Below are positions 12,301-22,729 of a stretch of 64,000 nt of DNA, in pieces (within the stretch, counting starts at the first letter, position 1; every line of letters begins with the position of its first letter). The DNA comes from Sporopachydermia quercuum (lineage: Eukaryota): contig BCGN01000005.1 in assembly GCA_001599295.1 (NCBI GenBank), positions 868,001 to 932,000 on the forward strand. Direction: 5' to 3'. The notes beneath the pieces were generated by a model. It saw nothing but the letters and a program-made list of their open reading frames with translations. It was not told the origin of the DNA and did no database searches. The translations under genes were made by a program, and so were the position numbers.

Positions 12301-14766
12301 ATTGGAAATTGCTGATAGGTTTGATAACATGTCAATAATAGTAGTTATACCTTCAACAAGTAGCTGCTCATGTAAATCTTTCGTACCTTTGGTTGACTTT
12401 CGGAATAAGTCAATTGCATCATCGAACTTTAACTGCTTTGTTGAAGACGATGCGTCGCTGGATACTTCATAATGATTAAATATCATTTGAATAACTTGTA
12501 TGTCTTGACCTAAGAATACTAAATTATAAACCAATGGCACTACCAGTTTCTCAACGATCTCATTCCTGAAAGTCTTATCAATGAATTTAACTTGTTCACA
12601 TAGAACAGCAATGAAAGGACTAACCATAGGAGAAGAAATACTAATATGAGACAGTTCCTTANTATTACTCTTATTGGTTAATTCACATATAGTATCAACA
12701 TATTTATAAGGAGTTCTAACACAGCGAGAAATGGATTGATCAATCAAAATCCAAACAGCCCCTTTAGCATCTTCGTCTAGTGATAATGAGTATTTTCTGA
12801 ACGTATAAACCAAAGCAAATACTGCCTTTTTAACATCATCAGTTGAACTTGATTCAATGGAAAACACAGCGGTGGTTTTAACTAAGTCTGTAATTAACTT
12901 GATAACTTGATTAATAATTGATTTATCCTCAGTCCGGCATGATAATTGGATAAGCCTTGTAAACATGGAATTATTGGAATTATCTTGATTCCACCATTTA
13001 CCTAAACCTGATATCAACATTTGCAGTTCTAGTGTTTGACCCAATAAACAAAAATCCAGTGGTGAGTCTAAACTCCAGTTGCCAATAGTACTTGTATATG
13101 CTTTAGGTAGTTGAAACTTGCTATTCAATAAAACTCTTGGATAGCTTCTAATATATGCAATAATACAAACTAAAGTTTCTAAGCAAATGAGTTTCTTGTC
13201 AGTAGGAATTGAATGCAAGCACGCAAATAACGTTTGGATATCCGGTAATGCTAAGAAAACTTTCTCGTCTAAGTCTGAAAAGCTTTTAGACCAACCATTA
13301 CTTGTATACACTGCTTGAGTAGCTTGTAATTTGCTCAAAGTAATGGTGATTAATTCCAATGCCCAATGCTTAACCATGAGCGATTGATGGTTCAACATTT
13401 TTGTTAATACATTGTTTCCTAAAGGACTAGGTATAATACTCTCAATAACATTGTTCATAGGAGGAGCTATCTCAGATGTTGAATTCCTAACTTGATATGA
13501 TATTGGAAATGATATAATTTCTTGTAGAAGATTCATATAAGAAAGCCAGAATGAACTAATTTTTGGATCCATTGAATATTTGATGCTTTTCATGAAGGGA
13601 ACAATCAGTTCCATTGAGTTGTATAGAATGGTTATTAGAAGTTTTCTAAACGATGCATCAGCTTGCGGTTTAAGCCGCAATATAAAAGATAATAATGATT
13701 TGTTGTAAATTTTATGTTCTGCTATTGAAATTGAGGACCCGATAGAAGAGTTAAAATTGGTACCAGTAGAGTCATTGCTACTACTCATAGGTAAAAGTGA
13801 TTTAGTTTTCTCATTGGAAGCATTGAACCAGGCACCATCTTGAAACTTGATACCAAAAGTCGAGCTGCAACAAATAAAGACAAGGAATTCAAATATGAGT
13901 GTACTAACGGTGATGCTATTCGATTGATTAATTGAAGGCTCATTATTCTCATTTGACACGGGACATTGATCCTTTCTGGTTAATAATTCTGACAAGTTGA
14001 CTAAAACTGTGGTATTGAACAATTGTAGTTTATCGAGTTTGGTTATATTTTTGTCTTTCAAAATATGCGCTTCTAGAATACTAATTGTCTTGTATAAGGT
14101 TCTGCCGCTATCATTACCAACGTGCTTGAACCATGCTCTGAACAACGACTTCTGAGCTAATAATTCTTTCTTTATAATAAAACTGCCGTTCTTGATCAAA
14201 GTGAGGACGAACTCAATAAAGGCATCTCTGATAGTCAAATGATGCGAGTTTACTGAAGAGTCACTTGACTGAACTGATGGTGATAGCAATTTAGGAATTG
14301 CTTTGATCGTAAAATCAAAATTTGAGACTAAATCATTAATCATCTTTCCATCAAAAGCACCAGCGACAACTGTAAGTAACTTCAATGTAGGAATTGTTAT
14401 ATTAGGGCGCGAAAGATACAGAGATCTGTAAATCACCTTCAGTTCTTGACTGATAATCTTCTCGCATAACTCTTCAGTTCGCTGATTCAATACCGAAAAC
14501 TTCAATGATGAATCAATCAGACGTAGTAATAATTTCGTACTGTTACATAAAGCTTGATAGTCACTAACTTGTGAAGAATAGGACCATGTCTGAACTATTA
14601 AGCTTATTCGACCTGTTTCGTAGAATTCATATAATTGTGTTGAATCACTGCTGTTTTTCAAGTTATCTAGGATACTGGTCAATCGCTCCGTTACTCCATC
14701 ATCAGCTGATGGTGCTGAAACCAGCTTCTTTCGCTTTTTAGATATTTGATTATTATAATTTGACAT
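9349..14766 (-). CDS. URB1: Nucleolar pre-ribosomal-associated protein 1 (Urb1/Npa1), 1805 aa
   Basis: Large helical protein. The N-terminal part is Npa1-like (NFDFTIKAIPKLL, IRDAFIEFVL, KKELLAQK, D...TISILEAHILKD, DPKISSFW) and the C-terminal part NopRA1-like (VLNDPSHYMY, VPLF, WLFEGL). Confidence 0.8.
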   Translation of the reverse strand: MSNYNNQISKKRKKLVSAPSADDGVTERLTSILDNLKNSSDSTQLYEFYETGRISLIVQTWSYSSQVSDYQALCNSTKLLLRLIDSSLKFSVLNQRTEELCEKIISQELKVIYRSLYLSRPNITIPTLKLLTVVAGAFDGKMINDLVSNFDFTIKAIPKLLSPSVQSSDSSVNSHHLTIRDAFIEFVLTLIKNGSFIIKKELLAQKSLFRAWFKHVGNDSGRTLYKTISILEAHILKDKNITKLDKLQLFNTTVLVNLSELLTRKDQCPVSNENNEPSINQSNSITVSTLIFEFLVFICCSSTFGIKFQDGAWFNASNEKTKSLLPMSSSNDSTGTNFNSSIGSSISIAEHKIYNKSLLSFILRLKPQADASFRKLLITILYNSMELIVPFMKSIKYSMDPKISSFWLSYMNLLQEIISFPISYQVRNSTSEIAPPMNNVIESIIPSPLGNNVLTKMLNHQSLMVKHWALELITITLSKLQATQAVYTSNGWSKSFSDLDEKVFLALPDIQTLFACLHSIPTDKKLICLETLVCIIAYIRSYPRVLLNSKFQLPKAYTSTIGNWSLDSPLDFCLLGQTLELQMLISGLGKWWNQDNSNNSMFTRLIQLSCRTEDKSIINQVIKLITDLVKTTAVFSIESSSTDDVKKAVFALVYTFRKYSLSLDEDAKGAVWILIDQSISRCVRTPYKYVDTICELTNKSNXKELSHISISSPMVSPFIAVLCEQVKFIDKTFRNEIVEKLVVPLVYNLVFLGQDIQVIQMIFNHYEVSSDASSSTKQLKFDDAIDLFRKSTKGTKDLHEQLLVEGITTIIDMLSNLSAISNTELWVLRTRIILWINDTENNAVSSNLVTLITTMLTLVAKSKDTLNEVSRKEFWGAFYPKSFKSIHKNEIIVMNLISRTLYSINEKFKSEFWNYCCQTEKSIEESKLKLDIVQAEYLGYILFVFKEEALWQFLFKLLASGYDDTVNCILVNACLSVALENDYIIPCEVTGILIGSDDSVKHSIYDDRLKLIEDNLNKALRRRLFVTPNVHLNILIEAIMNKYSSKYYNLVTAIISNYPDDFKPMLETIDTALLENDDLLIAITSNISVTHSEDDSGSSSEALKLLLANAFKKVLEIFESSAENDDIKRTNVILKSLSNLITFATHGNLIELAPTICSITDNNGISRSVCEIINYIFNTDILSRDSNNEVVFNAIKSWAQRVTLWITSWIAQDKELSEPIIEFITGLGLIYNNPSTSISDLLSKNQVNAFLEICLTKKLDYSPLMKLCSLIINRQRSRNIDHSKLIQIIINNEDNLLVKEPWNKENSSLFLSISMIIYSLFLKDKSYNSNISVQRGIRTMYSGTSLPHDLILITILETIEAKLMINWTCDVGSWRFIPCSTIGRSYNQKSNEPEFEYEYESRVNLIEIDKAFVIMNIDCEKIYESINQFRPNDLLAKKYINDFKSGDNLEQFEAKLKKYYIDIHWKTYDYGFILGALLSSDLIKLEKSASEEESSTEHVKVNIRQLIESFGLSFSISCLSSWDKELNITAYNFICAMITALKDDPTRDKAVIKVFLSKIIASLIKKKSSLNGDINSNNSKSINRLPCSVAIMLSRMVVVLNDPSHYMYDFTANYVFAGPFIRWYEVPLFKTMTYXCFDRDAKVRGGLYHHDSYLKQLNWLFEGLVLGMKTGEXFKIYKNQGILDFLLTFSTSSYCSGGLKLKIWQLIFAIEQVLGPEGFMGLVNSLGGLTGLEQRVQLLERNKMNLELQDNAKEEDIRNSELNADIINHKKAALRLLVTADNSDMLHKIDEWTSHDLSCLIQSII

Positions 14767-14909
14767 GATTGAAAAAGCCTGACTTTGATCCTGTAGCTAT
14801 ACAAAGCAAGATAGTATTCAATCTGATTGCAGTAATAGGTTCATACTATTTAACAACGTTAGATAGGAACAGATCATTATAAACTTGTTTTTATTTTCCT
14901 ATAGAAAAG

Positions 14910-14918
14910 AAATTTTCA
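14910..14918 (-). promoter_or_regulatory. RRPE-like element (TGAAAATTT) upstream of URB1
   Basis: AAATTTTCA on + about 145 nt upstream of the URB1 ATG. This fits a ribosome-biogenesis gene, but the motif is short and AT-rich. Confidence 0.35.
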
Positions 14919-15102
14919 TGATAGAAATAATATAGATGTGAAATAAAGTTAGTATGGACATGTAAACTAACAATAAGGTTTATGTAATATTGAATAAAGT
15001 TTGGGGAGAATTATAAAAGGAAGAGTACAGAGACTCGTGACAACATCAATTCCAGCTTATTCCAAGGTAAATAAATGCGTCAAGACTGGTAAATTATAAC
15101 TG

Positions 15103-15134
15103 AAGTATAGCTAAAGTATAGCTAAAGTATAGCT
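15103..15134. repeat. 11-bp tandem repeat (AAGTATAGCTA) x ~3
   Basis: aagtatagcta aagtatagcta aagtatagct in the URB1/ATG44 divergent promoter region. Confidence 0.8.
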
Positions 15135-15610
15135 TGAAGAAAATTGTAATTGTATGAGATTAAGCACATCGGGATTCTACTTGTAAGATTTTTTATATTT
15201 GTGAAGTTACTTCTAAACTGCGCTTTCCTTCATGCAACATACATATTCAGACATAAGATATCCGAACTTTAAATATTTTGCACCATCTTGATTATTTTAA
15301 GGTTCTGGTTTTGTAAATTCACACTGCATCTCATTTTACCTTATCGAGGACATCTCCTTTCAATTTCACAGAAGAAACGAGAAACCTAGGGATTAGTTCG
15401 TCTGATATTTGTTTTTCTTGCAAAGTGCTTCTGTTCTATAACTGATGGTTGTATAAAAGAAGAGGTCTTTACGTTTGCCTTTGCTACTCGCTATTGGAAA
15501 ACAATCTTGTCGGGACTGTTGTACTACTGGTGTTCAGTACCATTGTTATTTGTTAGACATTCGAAGCTGGATTAGAAGAACCAACAGACGATCATAATAT
15601 AACTGTCACA

Positions 15611-16042
15611 ATGGTGTTCACTAATGTATGTATAGTTTGCTCAAAGATATTTTATGACGTGCTATCTCTTTCTTGGATGTATTTGCTGACGCTAACAATG
15701 TATACCTCAATAGCTGGGCACATTAGTCCATTATGGATTTGATTTGACATTGATATCTATTATTCTTGCTGGTGTCAGACGATCAACAGGTATAACGTAT
15801 GTAAAGTAGATAAGGAGATAGATCATGAACAGGGTGATAGTGGCAGCAGAACGAGGAAAATGTGGTTTATAGATAGCAATTGTACTAACCTATCAAAATT
15901 TGCTAGTGTGAATACTAGCAAGAGAGACCCTAAAATAACGAAATGGGTTTTGAGATACCTTGAATTTGGCGAATATCTATTTGATATGGGCGTTGCATTC
16001 ATGAGACATTCAAGTTATTTCATTATTAGAAAGAGCGATTAA
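15611..16042 (+). CDS. ATG44: Mitofissin (Atg44/Mdi1, DUF1748 family) mitochondrial fission microprotein, 77 aa, 3 exons
   Basis: Exons 15611-15625, 15714-15796 and 15907-16042. Introns are GTATGT..GCTAAC..TAG and GTATGT..TACTAAC..TAG. The spliced product MVFTNLGTLVHYGFDLTLISIILAGVRRSTGITVNTSKRDPKITKWVLRYLEFGEYLFDMGVAFMRHSSYFIIRKSD matches the family pattern LGxLxHxxxDxxLxSxxLAGxRRxTG...YLxxGExxxD...SSYF. Confidence 0.88.
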
Positions 16043-17431
16043 ATAATGGTCAAGTGTAATATATGGGGAGATTAACTGTTCGTTCGGTAAGCTGTTGAAT
16101 ACAACTGTGGCGAGCATGTTAAGAGTTAGAATAAGTGATTAAGTAACTTGATAGAGGTACGTATATATGTTTCAAAGCGTCACTCTGATGAGTGTGATAC
16201 ATTGGAAAATTATCAATGATGAGTTGACTATCTGGTGAAAGGTCTGAATATGCCAATCAGTGGGATATTGATGATAGCTAATCGGCAGAGAATCTAATGA
16301 CAAACCAAGTATTGTGTCTTCATCGATTTACTTGTATGAAAGTTTGATAAACAAGTAGATCCAATCAGGCAATACAAGATTGAAATACAGCTTTTTCTTG
16401 GGGTAGTTATTGCTGATTTCAGTGCTTTAACAACCAATGGCTTAAGCTGACAGTACCGTTTGGGATGTGGATGTCAATGTATGCTGTTGATTGGCTTGGT
16501 ATCGTATTCTCATATACTGTTTGATGCTTAAGATTAATCGTGTGACAAGAACTATTCTGAAGGATAATTGTTAAATATTGAATTATTGACAACTGAATGT
16601 CGTCACATAATATATGTTGGCTGCCATAAACTAACTAGTCTCATTTTCTAGGCGCTTCTATATATGAGTAGTATCAGATAGTCAATTGTACAGTTTGGCA
16701 ATAATTACTTCAAGAATTAAGAAAAAAATCTGTTTAACTTCTATAAGGAAAGATATGGGTTCTTATTTAAATATAAATCTCTCCTGCAGAAATAGAAAAC
16801 TTCGCAATAATTTCTTTGTAGAAGAGTTCAATATCATGCTTATATTGACTAGAAATATGGTTACTCTTAGATACGATAGTAATTAGAACATTCATCGGTA
16901 CGCTATGGACTAATACGATGAAGCTTCCATCTTGTTTCCAAATTCTTCCTTTAAATCACATGATCTAATAAGAAATCCTCTGTCCGGTAACCCAGTGCAC
17001 CGCTTTTTGTATGAGTTTCTCAGTAGGTGTCCGAACATTCAATAGGAGCCCGCCCAAAATCTATGTTTTCCCTCTCCCATCCACCACTCCCCCACCAAAA
17101 AGCTCTTGATTATTATCCAACACTCCCTGCCATTTTGTATTGCCCCTAGGTCATCCGTCCGAGAATATGGTTTGCCTCCACCCTCTCAGACATTCCTCCC
17201 CACCAGCTTCAATTGTAGCACCTTATGTTACATACTTAGATAGCAAGTCCTGAGTGTCGGAAATTCTAATGAGCATAAAGAAATCTAATTAGTTTCAGTT
17301 AATATCGCTTTTGCAGATAATAAGATGAACCAAAGTAGACTGAACTAGTCGGTTTGATTCTTAGTATTTTTGAAGATTGATTGAGTAGGAAACGGATAAC
17401 AACAGAAGAGTAAAGATTATTGATTACCGTC

Positions 17432-19357
17432 ATGAATGAAGATTATGATGTTATTGTCTTAGGTTAGTATAGTTTAGCTGAGGATAGAATGATGATTTTA
17501 TATGAAGGAATTGATAAATATATATTTGTTTGTAAAGCAAGTATGCTAACGATGTTTTGTAGGCACTGGTACGTGATGATGCCAGTCATTGGATGTGTAA
17601 TAATGAGATGAATGAGATAAGTTGGTGTTGGTTATGTCTGCACGATGACCAGCCGGTGATTCAGTTCGAATCAATCTTTGAGAAACTCGCCTTATAGTAG
17701 TTGAATATTTCAATGATCAATTGACTAATTTAAATCAACAGGTTTGACTGAATGCATTCTTTCTGGTGTCTTTTCCGTTGAGGGAAAGAAGGTGCTTCAT
17801 GTCGATAGGCAAGATCATTATGGAGGGTATGTTAATTTAACTTGGTGATACAAGATTTGATGATGTTCCTAAGTCTTACTTGAATAATAGGAGTGTAGTA
17901 TATACTAACATTTAATATGCAGAGAAAGTGCCAGTTTAAATTTGACTCAAGTATGTTGTAAATGCTCTGGTTTTTTATAGGACTGTTACGTTAACATACG
18001 AAATTGATATGATTTTCAGTAATCAACAACAATTAATGGTACTAACAGACATTTAGCTTTACTCAAAATTCAGACCCAGCAAAAAACCAGATGAAAGCTT
18101 AGGAAGAGATAGAGATTGGTGTGTTGATTTGATTCCCAAATTCTTGATGGCCAATGGTGAATTAACAAATATTCTTATTGTAAGTTGAGATGGAAAGTTG
18201 CTAATTGCAAGAGATTTACTATGACTGCTTACTGATAGGTTTTCTTTTCTCAAATCTTATTGTAAGCAAATCTAACAATTATTCAGAATACTGAAGTTAC
18301 TAGATACATGGAATTCAAGCAAATTTCAGGATCATATGTTTATCGTAATGGTAAAATTGCTAAGGTTCCAGCCACTGATGCTGAAGCGATTACTTCACCT
18401 TTGATGGGGATGTGGGAAAAGAGACGAATGAAGAAGTTCTTAGAATACTTTGCTGGCTATGATGAAGAAGATTCTTCTACATACAAAGGTATTGATCTAG
18501 ATAAGAATAGTATGACTGATATTTATGACAAATTTGGGTTAGAACCAGGCACAAGAGATTTTATTGGACACGCTATGGCGTTACACACAACAGATGACTA
18601 TTTGAAAGAGCCTGCAAGAGATAGCTACAATAGAATTATATTGTACCTTCAATCTGTTGCTAGATACGGTAAATCTCCTTACATTTATCCTCTTTACGGA
18701 TTAGGTGAGTTGCCTCAAGGTTTTGCCAGATTGTCAGCTATCTATGGTGGTACTTATATGTTAGATACACCTATTGAAGAAATCTTATATGATGATGATG
18801 GCAAGTTTCAAGGAATCAGATCTACTGATGGTGTTGCTAAAGCTCCAATTGTTATCGGTGATCCTACATACTTCCCGTCTAAAGTTAAGAAGACTGGGCA
18901 GAAGGTTATCAGAGCAATGTGTATTTTGAACCATCCAATCCCTGGTGCCGAATCTCTTGATTCTATGCAAATCATCATTCCTCAAAACCAAGTTGGCAGA
19001 AAGAATGATATTTATATTGCCGTAGTTTCTAGTGCACACAACGTTTGCGCCAAGGGATACTTTTTGGCAATTATTTCTACTGTTATTGAAACAAATGCCC
19101 CTCACATTGAGTTGGAACCTGCATTCAAATTATTAGGACCAAGAGTTGATACTTTAATGGGTATTGCCGAACTATATGTTCCAATTGAAGATGGAACTAA
19201 GGATTCAGTTTACATTTCGAAGTCATATGATGCTAGTAGTCATTTTGAATCCACTACAGACGATGTTCAAGATATTTATTTTAGAATAACAGGAAAACCT
19301 TTAGTTCTTCAAAAGAGAAAGACTGCAGAAGAGGAAGAAGAATTGGCTGCTCAGTAA
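17432..19357 (+). CDS. GDI1: Rab GDP-dissociation inhibitor (6 exons, 447 aa)
   Basis: Exons 17432-17462, 17563-17568, 17742-17826, 17923-17950, 18057-18179 and 18287-19357 total 1344 nt in frame. They give [21 protein letters not shown]...DHYGGESASLNL...[13 protein letters not shown]...[33 protein letters not shown]. Confidence 0.95.
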
Positions 19358-19884
19358 GGTAATAGAATAGCAGTAGTACTTTGACTCATTCATATGTTGA
19401 AATGAGATATTCCACCTCATTAATGCAACAGAAAGGTACCATTATTGAGATCATGTTTTTTCACTTGGACTGTTACACTTTTTTATATGATATTTGTTAG
19501 TTGATGTATACATCTAATTCATTTAAATATTAGCGTTACTGAAGCAATTAAGCGTACTCTCTTTCTCTTACAATAATTGACGAACTGATTCATCTTGCGC
19601 ATCAATTGATCCTATGAAATATTTATATATGACATAATCATAAAATAATATATGATGATATAATCATAAGCTCTTTGTTGACTTCTGTAACTCCATCCTT
19701 CACTCTTTACGCTTATCGTAAATGGAGGTTCCTTTATCAAGCGTAGGATAACTAAGTAATTACCTTATATAATTCCCTATCAATACAGGGTCTTGGAGCT
19801 TCATTCCTATTTGCTTGATGTCAGTTGAATAGAGGTCAGCTTATAGATAGATTGAGCAATTCAGTACAACTATATAGATTCAGG

Positions 19885-20505
19885 ATGGTACGTTTAATGA
19901 TGTTCCTTTCACAAAGAAGAAATGACAGACACTGTTCACATCCTCGTTCTGAGTACCGGTACCTGAATGTTATGTTCTGCGAATGCGCGAGCTCCGGAAA
20001 TCGAAACTAATTACTAACAAGACCTAAAGAATTCCTTGTATACAATATCAACAGAATGCAGAAGTAAGATCAATAAGTTCCGTTTCCATACTGGTAGATC
20101 TGACACATTTCAAGCATTGATATACGACATTAAGAAAGATACATATGAGATTGAGCAGGAGTCAGAAGAAATACTTGGATCTGTGGAAGAGTTAATAGAA
20201 GAGCTACCTGATAATACACCCAGATTCGTTGTTCTATGCTTTCCTACAACAAGTAAATATGGATTAAAGACATCACCATTAGTAATGGTGTACTACCGAC
20301 CACAATCAGCCAGCCAGGACAAAAAGATGTTGTATGCAGGCGCTGTTGAAATAATGAGAGATGCTGTTGCAGCAACTAAGTAAGTATTCGACAAAAGGTT
20401 CGACGAAACAAGCTCCTGGTTAAATTGCTGGTACTAACAATGGAATATAGGTTTTTGGAGTTTGCGGATATTGAAGATTTCAATGATCTTGAGGATCACT
20501 TTTAG
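19885..20505 (+). CDS. AIM7: Glia maturation factor / ADF-H Arp2/3 debranching protein (3 exons, ~135 aa)
   Basis: Exon 1 is ATG 19885-19887, followed by intron 19888-20029. Exon 2 is 20030-20379. Intron 20380-20450 is GTAAGT..TACTAAC..TAG. Exon 3 is 20451-20505. Motifs: EELPDNTPRFVVL, SPLVMVYYRP, KMLYAGAVE. Confidence 0.85.
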
Positions 20506-20992
20506 CTATAAATAGACAACCAAACTAATAGATTCAATTTATTTCATTCCATATTGCTGATAATGATATTACCTACAATATCTGACAATATTTCTTGTTT
20601 GCTGTTTGTCTTATAACAGGTAAAATCACATGTTTGTTCACGTCATCATTAAATTAGTATCGTTTCTCGAAATTATATGATTTTCATTTTGTGACTGCTT
20701 GGTAGATATCATGTGTATATTATGTCCTGTTGGTAATATTCATACTAGATGAATTTTTCAAACAAGTTCGAGAATAACGACTCTCAATCTCATCTTACTC
20801 TCGTTGAGTCCAGTGAGGGAAACTGTAGAATACTAGGAGCTGGTTGTATTTTCAGTTGATCAAATAAATCGCGATAGTGTTGTTTAAATATAGCAGTATA
20901 TACTGATGTTTTTTTTTATGACTTTTGGAAAGTAAAGACTTCTAGAGAATATTAGATTAATATCTTTTTCGTCTAATTAATATTGTATCAAA

Positions 20993-21839
20993 ATGGGTCG
21001 TATGCACAGCAAAGTAAGTGGAGATTTTACGAAATTCGATGTTTGAAAGTTTGATGTCGAGGGAATAAATCTATTTATTTATGAGCTGGGGGATACTAGG
21101 CGTAGGAAGCTGATAATATGGTTAAGATAATGATTTCAACGTGAAGTTTCATTGTGAAGATTTATGGGATATGGCTATTACCAACAAGGCCTCAATCGAA
21201 TCAATGGATGTACTTGTTTGTTAGTGGATGGTGGATTGGATGGTTTTTATTGGAAGAGGACTATAGTTACACCTTTTCTTTCTATTATTGTGATTCACCA
21301 TATTCAATTTGCGTAGTGCTATGGATTATTTTACTCCCAAACTTTCATATGTTCTAAACGGATTGTTCTAAAAGATTGTGAAGCAAATACTAACTGTATT
21401 ATAGGGCAAGGGCATGTCTGCCTCCGCCATTCCTTACTCTCGTAACCCTCTTTCTTGGTTCAAGCTCAGCTCCGATGCTGTTGAAGAACAAATCGTCAAG
21501 TACGCCAGAAAGGGTTTGACTCCCTCTCAAATTGGTGTCATTCTTAGAGATTCTCATGGTGTTTCTCAAGTTAAGGTTGTCACTGGTAACAAGATTTTAA
21601 GAATCTTGAAATCCAAGGGTTTGGCCCCTGAACTCCCTGAAGATTTATACCATTTGATTAAGAAGGCTGTTGCTGTCAGAAAGCATTTGGAAAGAAACAG
21701 AAAGGACAAAGACTCCAAGTTCAGACTTATTTTGATCGAATCCAGAATCCACCGTCTCGCCAGATACTACAGAACTGTTGGTGTTTTACCTCCCACCTGG
21801 AAATATGAATCTGCTACTGCTTCTACTTTAGTCAACTAA
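20993..21839 (+). CDS. RPS13: 40S ribosomal protein uS15/S13 (2 exons, 151 aa)
   Basis: Exon 1 MGRMHSK 20993-21013; intron 21014-21404 (GTAAGT..TACTAAC..TAG); exon 2 [13 protein letters not shown]...[17 protein letters not shown]...[13 protein letters not shown]. Confidence 0.97.
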
Positions 21840-21976
21840 GTTTTCTAGGAAAAGAATATAATACAATATTTCAAATATCCTATATCTCACGTCTTTGGAA
21901 CCTATTCAACAGGATAATTGTAAAGTAGGTTACGATTTACATTGGGTGAATTTATTGTGTATGCAGTAATGTAAAT

Positions 21977-22729
21977 TTAAAACGCGGCTAATGGATCAAC
22001 ATCAAATGATTCCTCACCAATAGCTAATGCCAAAGTGCTGTTGTCTGTGATCCCTAGATTATATATAGGAACAATACCTGATGCGGCTTGTTCTACATCA
22101 ATCCCCGACTTACGCTTCTTCCGAGGGCCTGCCTCATCTTCATCGACATCCGGCATCAAAATTTCTTCCCATTGATTATCCTTATCCACTCTCAAAGCTA
22201 ATCGTAATTCCTCGGTACTTTCTATTTTAGTTCTTGTAAAATTGCTATCTTGATCTTCATCCTCTTCTTTCTGAGTTGACATGAATAGTCCTGGTTCTTC
22301 TGTTTCATCGCCATCAGTGTCAAATGATGGTTTAGGAATAGGAATGTCATCTTCTCCCCCAGCTAATCCGTCAATAACTTGATCATCTGATTGCGAAGTA
22401 CTTGCCATATGAACTGCTTCATCTTTTGTCTGCAAACCACCTATATCTTGGATTATCTCTAAAAGCNGGTTCTTCAAATCTTGTAGGCTGTCCGAACCTC
22501 TAACTTGTAAGAAGAATGTTTGCCGCAGCCTCTTCACATATATTGGATACATTGATTCCAATGCCTTTGTATGAACTTTCGATGACTAAATAATGCGAGG
22601 AAACTGTTAGTTTCAGATCCATCAAGTTCATTACAATGGTCGATATTCATTAGCCTTAGCACCTTCACACCAATCGCCTAGGGTGACTTGACTGACTAGC
22701 GACAATGCAAAACATCCTACACATACCAT
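21977..22729 (-). CDS. Acidic protein with probable ubiquitin-like (beta-grasp, elongin-B-like) fold; 2 exons, ~203 aa
   Basis: ATG-only exon 22729-22727; intron 22586-22726 (GTATGT..AACTAAC..TAG); exon 2 22585-21977 is in frame with the ORF-track ORF. The gene structure is well supported; the fold assignment is by eye only. Confidence 0.6.

Noticed and set aside
16185..16250. TGATGA...ATGATGA...CTGA arrangement downstream of ATG44
   Set aside because: I could not recognise an rRNA guide or terminal stem, and such boxes are frequent in AT-rich DNA.
17569..17741. GTGATGA and GTTCGAATC in GDI1 intron 2 (snoRNA or tRNA-like)
   Set aside because: There is no D box and no cloverleaf.
19896..19955. 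Possible C/D snoRNA in AIM7 intron 1 (ATGATGT...TCCTCGTT-CTGA)
   Set aside because: The C box is imperfect and complementarity to the 18S AACGAGGA is only 8 nt, which is too weak without a snoscan/Rfam result.
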